64,000 nucleotides of DNA from an uncultured bacterium. Lineage in GTDB: Bacteria > Armatimonadota > Abditibacteriia > Abditibacteriales > Abditibacteriaceae. The position numbers and the translations under genes were made by a program. The stretch lies in contig CAWJLW010000006.1 of NCBI GenBank assembly GCA_963843795.1, forward strand, positions 1,612,001 through 1,676,000. The letters run 5' to 3'. A model generated the notes under the pieces. That model saw nothing but the letters and a program-made list of their open reading frames with translations, was not told the origin of the DNA and searched no databases. Each line of letters starts with the position of its first letter. Positions within the stretch are counted from its first letter, which is position 1. Shown here one piece after another: positions 43,424 through 55,917 of this stretch.

Positions 43424-44698
43424 TCAAGACAAATTGTCCAGAGGTCCCAACGCCGCAATCGTTGCGCGCTCGAATGGCATGGTGCGCAAAATTTCGTTGA
43501 CCTTTTCGGTTGTCACACTTAGCAAGCGTTGCAGCGATTCGTCCGGCCCGTTTTGTTCGCGTCGATACATCCAGTTCACGCCGACCGGTCGCAAACGGCC
43601 CATCGGTGTTTCACTACCCAACACTAAATTCGACGCCAAACGGCGTTTGGCGCGCTCGACTTCCTGTTCGGTCAAGCCTTCCTCGCACGCTTTTTTCACT
43701 ACGGATTGGAAAGCTGCCAAAGCTTCGGGCGCGCGCTGCGGGTCGCTCAAAAGATAACCGTAAAATGTGCCCACACCGTCATTTGATTCATGGCCGATTT
43801 GCGCCGCTTCGCTTAAGCCGTTGTGCACCAGCGCCCAATACAAGCGCGATGCATCGCCAGCGCCAATCGCTTCGCACGCCACATTCGCCGCGTAACGCCG
43901 CATATCCTGCGCACTAAAACCCGGCGCCATCATCGCGATGTGGGCACGATTGAATTTATCGACCAGTTCCGTTGCCCCTTCATTCTCAGATTCTTTCGCG
44001 ATTTGTGGACGTTCGACAACTAAAGCGCTCTTGCCTTCATAAGGCAACAGTTCGCGTATGGCTTCGGCACTGTTCCACGCGCCACACAATTCCTGCGCCT
44101 GCGCTTTTAATTCGTCCCAATCATAATTTCCGGTTGCAACCAGCGTCAAATTATTGGCGGCATAACGCGATTCGAAATAAGCGTGCATTTGATCGCGCGT
44201 TAATTCGGTGATGCTTTGCGAAGTGCCTAAAATCGACTTGCCGAGAGGATGCTCGCCGAAATAGTTTTCACGCACCAAGTCGAACACCGAAAATTGAGGA
44301 CGATCTTCATACATCGCGATCTCTTCCAGAATCACTTTTTTTTCCATCGTGAAATCTTCATCACGTAAGGCGGGCCGCATCATATCGGCCAGCAAATCGA
44401 ACAAGCGCGCTTGGAATTCGGGCAACACATTGCCGTAATAAACCGTGGTTTCTTCCGAAGTAAAAGCGTTGTAACGCGCGCCCATTTCATCGAATTCGCG
44501 ATTGACGGCTTCGGGCGTGCGCCGGTCGGTGCCCTTGAACATCATGTGTTCCAAAAAGTGCGAAACGCCCGAAACTTCCGGCGTTTCGTCACGCGCACCG
44601 GCGCGCACGAAAAAGCCCATCGCCACTGAACGCGCCGAAGGTGAATATTCGCCAACCAAAGTGAGACCATTTTCCAACTCGTGATGATGTGTTTGCAT
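43424..44698 (-). CDS. M16 family Zn peptidase
   Basis: HFLEH (HxxEH), NAFTSEE, EKKVILEEI. Confidence 0.93.
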   Translation of the reverse strand: MQTHHHELENGLTLVGEYSPSARSVAMGFFVRAGARDETPEVSGVSHFLEHMMFKGTDRRTPEAVNREFDEMGARYNAFTSEETTVYYGNVLPEFQARLFDLLADMMRPALRDEDFTMEKKVILEEIAMYEDRPQFSVFDLVRENYFGEHPLGKSILGTSQSITELTRDQMHAYFESRYAANNLTLVATGNYDWDELKAQAQELCGAWNSAEAIRELLPYEGKSALVVERPQIAKESENEGATELVDKFNRAHIAMMAPGFSAQDMRRYAANVACEAIGAGDASRLYWALVHNGLSEAAQIGHESNDGVGTFYGYLLSDPQRAPEALAAFQSVVKKACEEGLTEQEVERAKRRLASNLVLGSETPMGRLRPVGVNWMYRREQNGPDESLQRLLSVTTEKVNEILRTMPFERATIAALGPLDNLS

Positions 44699-44782
44699 AA
44701 TTTAAGTTCAACCTAAACCTACGTCAGTCTGAATAACTAGAAACGACACAGCGGGTTTTCAAAGAGCGGAACTCTCTGTTCT

Positions 44783-45580
44783 TCATCCGTCACTGCGTTG
44801 ATCGAGCCAATTTTGCGCGCGCTCCAAATCTTCGGGCGTGTCGATGGCAATATCGACATTTTTTTCGATGGCAAGTACTTGCAGCGAAACTCCGTGTTCT
44901 AATGCGCGCAACTGTTCCAATTTTTCGATCTGTTCTAAGGGCGTCGGTGGAAGCGCGGCCATTTGCAATAGCCAGAGCGCATCGTAAGCATAAACGCCGA
45001 GATGACGCCGGTAATTGTCGTGAGCGCCATCGCGACCAAACGGAATGCGCGCGCGCGAAAAATACAACGCGCGCCCTTTGCGGTCGCAAACCACCTTGAC
45101 CAAATTTGGATTATCAACCGCAGTGGCCTCCAGCGGTACCGCCAAAGTCGCCATTTGCAGTTCATCGTTTTCAATCATCGCTTGCGCCAGAACCGCCAGA
45201 TGCGCGGGATCGATAAATGGCTCATCGCCCTGCACGTTAAGCACCACCAAACGCTGCGCCCAGCTTTCTGGCGCTCCGAACTGCGTCACAATCGCCTGCG
45301 CGATGCGGTCGGTTCCCGTAGCGCAATCTTCTGTGGTCATCACCACACCGACCGGCTCGTTCACGCAATGTTGGCGAACGGCTTGCGCGATGCGCTCGTC
45401 ATCGGTCGCTACGATCACCGGCGCGTTCATTTCGGGCGTGGTTTCGGACATTTTCAAAGCTGCGCGCGCGACATGAACGACGACCGGCAAGCCATTCAAA
45501 AGAGCGAGCGGCTTACCGGGAAAGCGCGTTGAAGCGTAACGCGCCGGAATCACAATCACGACCTGCGTTTTTTTAGCCAT
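44783..45580 (-). CDS. kdsB: CMP-KDO synthetase
   Basis: IPARYASTRFPGKPL, NVQGDEP, LYFSRA, EKLEQLRAL. Confidence 0.95.
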   Translation of the reverse strand: MAKKTQVVIVIPARYASTRFPGKPLALLNGLPVVVHVARAALKMSETTPEMNAPVIVATDDERIAQAVRQHCVNEPVGVVMTTEDCATGTDRIAQAIVTQFGAPESWAQRLVVLNVQGDEPFIDPAHLAVLAQAMIENDELQMATLAVPLEATAVDNPNLVKVVCDRKGRALYFSRARIPFGRDGAHDNYRRHLGVYAYDALWLLQMAALPPTPLEQIEKLEQLRALEHGVSLQVLAIEKNVDIAIDTPEDLERAQNWLDQRSDG

Positions 45581-45604
45581 AAATTTCAATCGCTACGGGT
45601 TCTT

Positions 45605-46651
45605 TCATACTCCAACTAAATCACTCACAGCGCGCACAACTTCCTGACCTTCGCCATTGGCCAGCACCGCGCGACAATTGGCACTTTGTGGCACGCTACG
45701 CCCGGCCCCGTCGCCATTGATAATTCCAACGAGTGGCGTTTGCATCGCGTGCGCCATCTGCAGCAATCCGCCATCGTTTCCAATGAACGCCGTCGCGCAT
45801 TCGCACAGCGCCGCCAGCACCAGCAAATCGACGCGATTACCGCCCAAATCAAAAACATTTGGCACGCCCGATAGCTGCAGGCAAGGCGCGTTGCCAATTA
45901 AAATCAGCGGACGACGTTGTGCAAGTACTTGCAGAGCGCTTTGCCATTGATTCACCGTCCATTCACGATGCGCACGCCGCTTTTCGACCGCCACATTGAC
46001 CACCAGAAATTCACCCACAATACCGCGTTCATCGAGAATTTTCTGCGCTTTGGCGCACGCTTCTGCGCCCGGATGCAGCAAGCCGCGCGCATCCAAGTAA
46101 TGGGTTTTACAACCCACTTCGCGCACCAGTTCTAGATAATCGTGCAAGCGTGGTTGGGCGCGCGGAGTATTTTTTGAACTCCGCTGCAACGGCACACGAT
46201 GCGTCAGCAAAACGTCCATGTGCGCGCCCTGAAATCCGGCGCGCTGATGCGCTGCGCTCGACCAGTTCAACAAAATCGCGTTGCGCGAAGTCGAAAACGA
46301 CAAAGCCAAATCAAAATGACAACTGTGCAAACGCGCCATCAGCGGGGCCTGCGCGCTCAAACCACGCGGTCGCGGCCATACTTCATCGACGCAACCAGTT
46401 TCGCGTAAAATCGCGCCCAGCGCGGGGCGCACGACACTGATGATGCGCGCGCCCGGGAATGAATCGCGCAGGGCCGCCAGCGCGGGTAGCGCCCAAATCA
46501 GCTCGTCCAAACCGCTGCCGTGAACCGTCACAATTTTGCGAATCGGCACAGCGAGATGTTCGGCCACATCTAACGCTTTCACTTTGCCATTGGCAACCGC
46601 TGTGGCCGCGCCGGAATTGCGCAGCGTTTGCTTTTCTTTTTCACCGCTCAT
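45605..46651 (-). CDS. GT9 (heptosyltransferase-like) glycosyltransferase
   Basis: LPALAALRDSFPGARI, FIGNDGGLLQMAHA; next to kdsB. Confidence 0.8.
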   Translation of the reverse strand: MSGEKEKQTLRNSGAATAVANGKVKALDVAEHLAVPIRKIVTVHGSGLDELIWALPALAALRDSFPGARIISVVRPALGAILRETGCVDEVWPRPRGLSAQAPLMARLHSCHFDLALSFSTSRNAILLNWSSAAHQRAGFQGAHMDVLLTHRVPLQRSSKNTPRAQPRLHDYLELVREVGCKTHYLDARGLLHPGAEACAKAQKILDERGIVGEFLVVNVAVEKRRAHREWTVNQWQSALQVLAQRRPLILIGNAPCLQLSGVPNVFDLGGNRVDLLVLAALCECATAFIGNDGGLLQMAHAMQTPLVGIINGDGAGRSVPQSANCRAVLANGEGQEVVRAVSDLVGV

Positions 46652-46764
46652 ACATTGCTCATCTTCGCGCCTTGAAATTGCAAAGCAAAGTTTGGCACAA
46701 ACGCGCTGCAAGTACTTGCACGGCATTAGTTTGGCTCACAGCGCAGCGATTCCAAGGAGAAAAT

Positions 46765-47745
46765 ATGCAATTACGCAAACTGGGCACAAGTGACATTCAA
46801 GTATCGGAAATTTCGTTCGGCTGCTGGACGATGGGCGGTTTGAACTGGGTGAACGGCACGCCCAATGGTTGGGCCGATGTCGATGAAGATGAAGTCGTGG
46901 AAGCAATCAAAATCGCTGTCGATAATGGCGTCAATCATTTTGATAACGCCGATGTTTACGGCAACGGACGTGCCGAACGGATGCTGGCGCGCGCTTTTAA
47001 AAAGCTGGGTTTGAACACCAACGATTACATCATTGCCACCAAAATTGGCCATTTTCCCGGCACTGCCGCGCATGCTTACGAACCCGCGCACATTCGCCAT
47101 CAGTGCGAACAATCGCTGATTAATCTGCAACGCGATGTCATTGACATTTATTATCTGCATCACGGTGACTTCGGCCCCGATGGCAAGTACTTGCAGGGCG
47201 CAGCGGACACATTAGACGCGCTGGTGCAAGAAGGCAAAGTGCGCGTCAAAGGTCAATCGGCGTATTCGGTCTCCGATTTCGAGCGCGCGGTTCCGGTCGT
47301 AAAACCACAGGTTTTGCAAAGTTGGGCGCATGCGCTGGACGATGGGTTCGTGCGCCCCGATTCGCCGCTGCAAAAATTAATGGACGAACACAATTTATCG
47401 TTTGTCGCGTTCAGCCCGCTGGCGCAGGCGCGTTTATTGGACAAATATGATCCCGAAAATCCGCCCGAATTCGATGAAGGCGATAACCGTCGCGGCAATG
47501 GCGGTTTTTCCGGCCCCGAACTGGCGAAATTGAAACCGAAATTGCAAAAGTTGAAAGACCGCTTCGGCGATTCGACGGATGATCTGGTCGCGGTGGCTTT
47601 GAATTATATTCTGGCGCAGCCGCGCGTGGCGTGCGTGATTCCGGGCTTTCGTAATCCGCGTCAAGCGCAATCGAACGTCAATGCAGCAGGAAAAAGTTTG
47701 TCGACCGAAGCTGTCGATTTCGTGCGACAAACATTGGCCGATTAA
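46765..47745 (+). CDS. Aldo/keto reductase
   Basis: ISFGCWTMGG, FDNADVYG, ATKIG, FSPLAQ; AGGAG RBS. Confidence 0.9.
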   Translation: MQLRKLGTSDIQVSEISFGCWTMGGLNWVNGTPNGWADVDEDEVVEAIKIAVDNGVNHFDNADVYGNGRAERMLARAFKKLGLNTNDYIIATKIGHFPGTAAHAYEPAHIRHQCEQSLINLQRDVIDIYYLHHGDFGPDGKYLQGAADTLDALVQEGKVRVKGQSAYSVSDFERAVPVVKPQVLQSWAHALDDGFVRPDSPLQKLMDEHNLSFVAFSPLAQARLLDKYDPENPPEFDEGDNRRGNGGFSGPELAKLKPKLQKLKDRFGDSTDDLVAVALNYILAQPRVACVIPGFRNPRQAQSNVNAAGKSLSTEAVDFVRQTLAD

Positions 47746-47762
47746 GTCGGCTCTGGTTCAAA

Positions 47763-47794
47763 AGAGCTTGCTGCAAGTACTTGCAGCAAGCTCT
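47763..47794. repeat. 32-bp perfect palindrome, motif-centred
   Basis: agagcttgctgcaagt|acttgcagcaagctct. Confidence 0.85.
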
Positions 47795-47842
47795 CGGGTC
47801 GGACAAATCAACAGCGGCTCGTGCTTTGCCCGCTTAATAACC

Positions 47843-48427
47843 ATGCGCAACTTTTCGGATTTGACCGTGCCCGTTATACGCCAGAGCCTTTTCGGCTTGG
47901 CTTTACTATTCGTTTCACTGCCGCTTTTACGCGCGCTGCACAAGCGCTTTTCACTGGGCGCACCACCGACTTCAGCGCTGCTACTCATCGCCGTATGTGT
48001 GTTAATTATTTTCAGCGGCGCAGCGATTATTGGCGCGTTCAGCGGCAGCAATGCCAGAGCGCGCAACAGTACCGGGCCGCTTCTCATTGCGCTGGCATTA
48101 TCTTTGGGATGGAGCCTGGTGGTTTGCAGTGTGGCGATTCCATTCTATGCTACGAGCGTGGTTGATCATATGACCCAAAGCGTGGCAATGGACACGGTGC
48201 GCGACAGAGATGCGGTCATCGACAAAACGCGCGGCGCTTACGACGCAGTGCGTGGTGGAAAAACGGGCAAATTCATCGGCGAAAACAGCGAAATGGCATG
48301 GACGAAATCGAAAGCGCTTTTACGCGAAGGCGCGGCGCGGCTGCCCGCTGTCGGATTGCTCGCAATTGCCGTAATTGCTGCGCCAATTGGTGCTGCGTTC
48401 GAGTGCTGGCGCGTACGCAAGCGCTGA
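47843..48427 (+). CDS. Hypothetical membrane protein
   Basis: Four hydrophobic segments. Confidence 0.6.
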   Translation: MRNFSDLTVPVIRQSLFGLALLFVSLPLLRALHKRFSLGAPPTSALLLIAVCVLIIFSGAAIIGAFSGSNARARNSTGPLLIALALSLGWSLVVCSVAIPFYATSVVDHMTQSVAMDTVRDRDAVIDKTRGAYDAVRGGKTGKFIGENSEMAWTKSKALLREGAARLPAVGLLAIAVIAAPIGAAFECWRVRKR

Positions 48428-48551
48428 CACGTCAAGGCTAATTTACACACACGGGAATGACGCGCGCCGATTTTTTCGGGAACATTTCGCGCGGTTCCGG
48501 CTTCCTTATGGAAAGCGACATGGAAAGCGACACAATTCACAAGGAACATAA

Positions 48552-49970
48552 ATGAAACTCACATTTCTGGCACCTCTGTCTGCCGCAACACTTTTCCCAT
48601 CCGCCAACGCGCAAGCACAGGACGTAGCCAATACCCAAACGCAAACTGCAGTTCGCCATTTGAAATCGAGTCATGAAATCGACCCGGCACCCAACGCGCA
48701 GGCAACGATTTTAGCGGGCACCGAATGGGAGCTTACCGAACCGGCTTACCAAGATTTGCCAATACAACCATTTTTGAAGTTCACCGACACGCGCATTAGC
48801 GCCAGCGCGGGTGGCAACGCGATTGGCGGCACTTACGAAATTCAAAACAGCAATATAAGTTTCACGCGCCTTTATTCGACTAAAATGCTTGCACCAGCGC
48901 CAATTGCGGCTGCCGAAAGCGAATATATCAAAGCCTTAGAAGGCGTGCGCGAACTGGAAATTTCGCCCGACCGCAAAACGCTCACGCTGCGCGGCGAAAC
49001 AAATTTAACCTTTCATCTCACCAAGGGAGTGGCGCAGATGCCCGCTCCTGCACTGATTCCACCCAAAACCAGTTCCGACTTGCCGTGGACGCAATGGCAA
49101 CTGACCAAGCCGACTTATAGCGATTTGGCGACGCGCCCGTTTTTAAATTTTAGCGATAAAGGTATTGGGGTTGGCGTGGGCGGCAACGCAATTGGCGGTG
49201 ATTATCAAATCGACAAGAACAAAATCGTTTTCAGCAATCTGGTTTCGACGATGATGATGCCGCCACCGCCGATTGCAGCAGCGGAAAAGGCTCTCAAGAA
49301 AGCGCTCGAAGGCATGCACAAATTCTCGCTTTCCAAAGATGGTATGACGCTTACCCTGCGAGGAAAACCAAATTTGGTTTATCGTTTGGTCGCTAACACG
49401 CCGGACGTATTTGTGCCCGAAGCCACTAAAATTATCAACGTCGCGCCGCAATTGGGGCCAGAAATGGATGGTGATGGTACCCTCAAGTACTTGCAGATGG
49501 AAGATTTGAGCGAGGGCACCAGTTGGGGCAAATTTACCGAGCCGAAAATTGAAGGATTCGATTTTGTGCCGGGTAATCGTTATCAATTGCGTGTACAAGT
49601 CGAGCGCAATCCGCGCAGCGGCGAAAAACAGTTGCGTCTTTTAGACGTGATTTCCCAGCAATCTATGGAAAGACCATTGCCACAAGGTGATGAAGTTTTG
49701 CTGGAAGTCGCGCCCACAAAAATCGATTGCATGGGCATCGGGCCGATGAAATGTTTGCAGGTGCGCGTTATGAATACAGATGCCGCTAATGGCGACAAAG
49801 CGGGCGCGTGGATGCCATTACATCGTGGAATCGAGGGCTTTGATTATGCGGAAGGTTTCAAATATCGTTTGATCGTGCGTCAGATTCCCGAAGGCACGGT
49901 TCCAGTCGATGCGGCTTCGCCACTGTATAAATTGGTGCGATTAATCGAAAAAATGCCGGTCACGATGTAA
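48552..49970 (+). CDS. Secreted protein with two META domains and two DUF4377-like domains
   Basis: Two W-L..GNAIGG-Y..STxM..AAE repeats; two IEGFD(F/Y)..G..Y.L repeats. Confidence 0.8.
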   Translation: MKLTFLAPLSAATLFPSANAQAQDVANTQTQTAVRHLKSSHEIDPAPNAQATILAGTEWELTEPAYQDLPIQPFLKFTDTRISASAGGNAIGGTYEIQNSNISFTRLYSTKMLAPAPIAAAESEYIKALEGVRELEISPDRKTLTLRGETNLTFHLTKGVAQMPAPALIPPKTSSDLPWTQWQLTKPTYSDLATRPFLNFSDKGIGVGVGGNAIGGDYQIDKNKIVFSNLVSTMMMPPPPIAAAEKALKKALEGMHKFSLSKDGMTLTLRGKPNLVYRLVANTPDVFVPEATKIINVAPQLGPEMDGDGTLKYLQMEDLSEGTSWGKFTEPKIEGFDFVPGNRYQLRVQVERNPRSGEKQLRLLDVISQQSMERPLPQGDEVLLEVAPTKIDCMGIGPMKCLQVRVMNTDAANGDKAGAWMPLHRGIEGFDYAEGFKYRLIVRQIPEGTVPVDAASPLYKLVRLIEKMPVTM

Positions 49971-50034
49971 AAATATCTAATTCCGAGATGCGCAATGTGG
50001 CGGACATTTTGTATAATGTTTGCGGTTTCGACGA

Positions 50035-52290
<2,256 letters not shown>

Positions 52291-52323
52291 GCCCGCAAGT
52301 ACTTGCGGACGGTATATGTGATT

Positions 52324-53250
52324 ATGAAATTAAGCAGCAAAGACGTGTTGGGCTTGCGCGAAATGCCGCGCCGCGACATCGAACTCGTTCTGGATACCGC
52401 ACTGGAAATGCGCGAGATTTTGGGTCGTCGCGTCAAAAAAGTGCCGACGTTACGCGGGCGCTCGATGATTACGCTCTTCTACGAAAACTCGACGCGCACG
52501 CGCACCAGTTTTGAACTTGCGGCGAAAATTATGAGTACTGAAGCCATCAATATCGCCGTCGCGCAATCGTCGGCGGCCAAAGGCGAAAGTCTCAAAGATA
52601 CGCTGCTCACCTTGCAATCGCTGAGCGCCGATTGCGTGGTGATTCGCCACCCGCACTCCGGCGCGCCGCATCTGGCTGCGTCGTTAGTCGATATCCCGAT
52701 TATCAACGCGGGCGACGGTTTTCACGAACATCCTTCGCAAGGCTTGCTCGATTTGCTGACAATTCGTTCGCACAAAGCCGCTTTCGAAAGTTTGAATGTG
52801 ACAATTGTTGGCGATTTGATGCACTCGCGCGTGGCGCGTTCGGCGTGCTGGGGACTTTTGAAAATGGGTGCGAATGTCACATTATGCGGCCCGCACACTT
52901 TGCTGCCACCGGAATTCGCTTCGACCGGCGCGCGTTTGGAAACCGATTGCGATGCGGCGGTCGAAGGCGCAGATGTTGTCATGATGCTGCGATTACAAAA
53001 CGAACGCATGGACGGCCAATATTTGCCCGGCGTACGCGAATACTCGGCACTTTATGGGTTGAACCCCAAGCGCTTGGCGCGCGCGAAGCATGATGCGATT
53101 GTGATGCATCCAGGGCCAATTAATCGTGGCGTAGAAATTTCGCAAGACGTGGCCGATGGCGAGCGCAGCGTGATTTTGCAACAGGTGAATAACGGCGTCG
53201 CAGTGCGCATGGCGTTGTTGTATTTGCTGATGGGAGGCGAGGAAGAGTGA
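52324..53250 (+). CDS. pyrB: Aspartate carbamoyltransferase catalytic subunit
   Basis: FYENSTRTRTSFE, HPSQ, HPGPINRG. Confidence 0.97.
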   Translation: MKLSSKDVLGLREMPRRDIELVLDTALEMREILGRRVKKVPTLRGRSMITLFYENSTRTRTSFELAAKIMSTEAINIAVAQSSAAKGESLKDTLLTLQSLSADCVVIRHPHSGAPHLAASLVDIPIINAGDGFHEHPSQGLLDLLTIRSHKAAFESLNVTIVGDLMHSRVARSACWGLLKMGANVTLCGPHTLLPPEFASTGARLETDCDAAVEGADVVMMLRLQNERMDGQYLPGVREYSALYGLNPKRLARAKHDAIVMHPGPINRGVEISQDVADGERSVILQQVNNGVAVRMALLYLLMGGEEE

Positions 53251-53432
53251 AAGATATTCTCGAAGAAATTTTAGTTCAACACGTCGAATTACGTTCGCAA
53301 GCCGGACAAACCTCCTATTGAGATGATGGCGTATTGGAAAAATACGATGAGCGCTGGATTAAATTGCGTAAAAGTGACGGCGAAACGATTTATTTCCCTA
53401 TCGTCAATATCCGTTTGCTGAAACCGCTGTAA
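53247..53432 (+). pseudogene. Small 61-codon ORF with an in-frame TGA at 53319-53321
   Basis: GTG start overlaps the pyrB stop; MKDILEEILVQHVELRSQAGQTSY*DDGVLEKYDERWIKLRKSDGETIYFPIVNIRLLKPL; ends 6 nt before pyrC. Confidence 0.6.
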
Positions 53433-53438
53433 ATTGTT

Positions 53439-54734
53439 ATGAATCTGCTTATAAAAAATGGTCGCGTGCTCGACCCAACACAAAATATCGATAAAGTCAC
53501 TGATATTCTCATCCGCGACGGTCGCGTCTCTGAAATTGGCGACAATCTTAGCGCCGGAAACGATGTGCAAGTACTTGCAGCGAAGAATTTGGTCGTCGCA
53601 CCTGGCTTGATCGATTTGCACGTGCATCATCGCACGCCGGGACAGGAATATAAGGAAGACACGCGCTCGGTTTCGAATGCCGCCGCGCGCGGTGGCGTGA
53701 CAACGATTTGCGTGATGCCCAACACCGAACCGCCGATTGATAGCGCGCCAATTGTGCGCGACATTCTGCGTTTGGCACGTGAAGAAGGCAATGGCGTGCG
53801 CATTTTGCCGATTGCTTCGGTTTCGATGGAGGCCAAAAATGCGCAACTCAGCGAATTCGCCGACATGAAAAACGCTGGTGCGGTCGCGGTTTCCGACGAT
53901 GCGTTTCCGATGCAGGACATGGGCTTTATGCGTCGCGTGTTTCAATACGCGCGCACCTGCGATTTGTGCGTGATGCTGCACTGCGAAGACACCGATCTCA
54001 CGCATTCCTATTCGCAGGGCGGCGCGACGATGAATGAAGGCATCGTGTCCAACGAACTCGGTTTGCGCGGTGCGCCCGCTGTGGCCGAGCGCATTGCGGT
54101 TTTTCGCGCCTGCGCACTGGCCAAAGATACCGGCGCGCACATTCACATTCTCCACGTTAGCACAGCCGACGCAGTGGACGTGATTCGACAGGCCAAACAT
54201 GACGGCGTAAACGTAACGGCAGAAGTGTGTCCACATCATTTTGCGCTCACCGACGAAGCGTGTCGCGGCTATAACACGAACGCGAAAATGAATCCGCCAC
54301 TGCGCACGCAAAAGGATATTGACGCGTTGATTGAAGGTTTGAAAGATGGCACAATCGACGCGATTGCGACCGATCACGCGCCGCACGCCGCCTATGAAAA
54401 AGAACGCGAATTTGCTCTTGCTTCATTCGGTATTATCGGTGTCGAAACATCCTTAGCGACTTCATGCAAGTACTTGCAAAATCATTTGACGCTGAATCAA
54501 ATCATCGAAAAGATGAGCGCGGCTCCGGCACGCATTTTAAATTTAGATAGCGGCACCTTGAACGTCGGTGCGCGCGCAGACGTTATTGTTTTCGACGCGG
54601 AAAAATCGTGGACATTAGAGGCGAAAAATCTGGCCTCGAAATCTAAAAACACACCCTTTGATGGCTACGAAATGTTGGGGCAAGTTCACGCCACAATTAT
54701 TGACGGGAAGTTGATTTATCAATCTGAAGCGTAG
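53439..54734 (+). CDS. pyrC: Dihydroorotase
   Basis: IDLHVH, MPNT, KMNPPLR, ATDHAPH. Confidence 0.96.
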   Translation: MNLLIKNGRVLDPTQNIDKVTDILIRDGRVSEIGDNLSAGNDVQVLAAKNLVVAPGLIDLHVHHRTPGQEYKEDTRSVSNAAARGGVTTICVMPNTEPPIDSAPIVRDILRLAREEGNGVRILPIASVSMEAKNAQLSEFADMKNAGAVAVSDDAFPMQDMGFMRRVFQYARTCDLCVMLHCEDTDLTHSYSQGGATMNEGIVSNELGLRGAPAVAERIAVFRACALAKDTGAHIHILHVSTADAVDVIRQAKHDGVNVTAEVCPHHFALTDEACRGYNTNAKMNPPLRTQKDIDALIEGLKDGTIDAIATDHAPHAAYEKEREFALASFGIIGVETSLATSCKYLQNHLTLNQIIEKMSAAPARILNLDSGTLNVGARADVIVFDAEKSWTLEAKNLASKSKNTPFDGYEMLGQVHATIIDGKLIYQSEA

Positions 54735-54741
54735 AATAAAT

Positions 54742-55893
54742 ATGAAAGCACTTTTAATTTTAATAGACGGCACGACAGTGGAAGGCCAAAGCGTCGGCGC
54801 GACCGGCACAGCAACAGGCGAAGTGGTTTTCAACACTTCGATGACCGGTTATCAGGAAATCCTCACCGATCCGTCATACGCGGGTCAGTTGGTGTCTTTA
54901 ACCTACCCGCTCATTGGCAATTACGGCGTTAATAGCGAAGACGGCGAATCGGTCGGTCCTCAGGTCGCCGGTTTCATCGTCAAGGAAATGTGCGAAACAC
55001 CATCGAACTATCGCTCGACCAGCGATGGCGACGATTATCTAAAAACCCATAACATCGTGGCGATTCAAGGCGTCGATGTACGCTCTCTGGTGAAAAAACT
55101 GCGCGATGGCGGTGTTTTGATGGGCATGATTACGACGGAACATTCCGCCGAAGAGGGTCTGCAAATTCTGCGTGATTTGCCTCCTTACGACATGGGCACT
55201 TACGCGCGCGAAGTTTCGACCAAGAGCGTTTATCAGTGGCAACAAAGCGGGCAAACGCCGCACGCTTTTCCGCCGGGCGCGCAGCCGCCGCAGCAGTGGG
55301 AAATGCCGCTCGATGCGCAGGCGCGCGTTGTCGTCGTAGATTACGGCACCAAGTTCAATATTCTGCGTTCCTTGCGCGAGCGTGGCTTGGAAGTCGTGGT
55401 TTTGCCGTGTTCGGCCACAATGGAAGACATCATGGCATGGCAACCCGACGGCATCATGTTATCGAATGGGCCGGGCGATCCGCGTTCGCTGCAATCGGAA
55501 ATCCACACCATTGAAGACATCGCAGAACGCGAACCGCAACTGCCGATTTTCGGAATTTGCCTGGGCCATCAATTGCTGGGACAATCGCTGGGCGGCGAGA
55601 CGTTTAAACTGAAATTCGGCCATCGCGGGGCGAATCATCCGGTGAAAGATCTCACAACTGGCAAAGTTCACATCACCAGCCAAAATCACGGCTATGCCAT
55701 TGAAGCCTCTTCACTGCCCGATGACGTGGAAGTGACGCATTTGAATTTGAACGATAACACGGTCGAAGGCTTGAAACATAAAAGTCGACCCGTCTTTTCG
55801 GTGCAATATCATCCCGAAGCCAGTCCCGGGCCGAAAGACAACGATTATCTGTTCGACCGCTTTGCTGAATTGGTGAAGGCGCGCAAAAAGTAA
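54742..55893 (+). CDS. carA: Carbamoyl-phosphate synthase small subunit
   Basis: GEVVFNT, SNGPGDP, GICLGHQ, QYHPE. Confidence 0.97.
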   Translation: MKALLILIDGTTVEGQSVGATGTATGEVVFNTSMTGYQEILTDPSYAGQLVSLTYPLIGNYGVNSEDGESVGPQVAGFIVKEMCETPSNYRSTSDGDDYLKTHNIVAIQGVDVRSLVKKLRDGGVLMGMITTEHSAEEGLQILRDLPPYDMGTYAREVSTKSVYQWQQSGQTPHAFPPGAQPPQQWEMPLDAQARVVVVDYGTKFNILRSLRERGLEVVVLPCSATMEDIMAWQPDGIMLSNGPGDPRSLQSEIHTIEDIAEREPQLPIFGICLGHQLLGQSLGGETFKLKFGHRGANHPVKDLTTGKVHITSQNHGYAIEASSLPDDVEVTHLNLNDNTVEGLKHKSRPVFSVQYHPEASPGPKDNDYLFDRFAELVKARKK

Positions 55894-55917
55894 GCGGCAG
55901 GTACTTGCATCCCCATT

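Noticed and set aside
53319..53321. Selenocysteine codon
   Set aside because: No evident SECIS-like hairpin right after the TGA and no redox motif context; mutation or base-call error is more likely.
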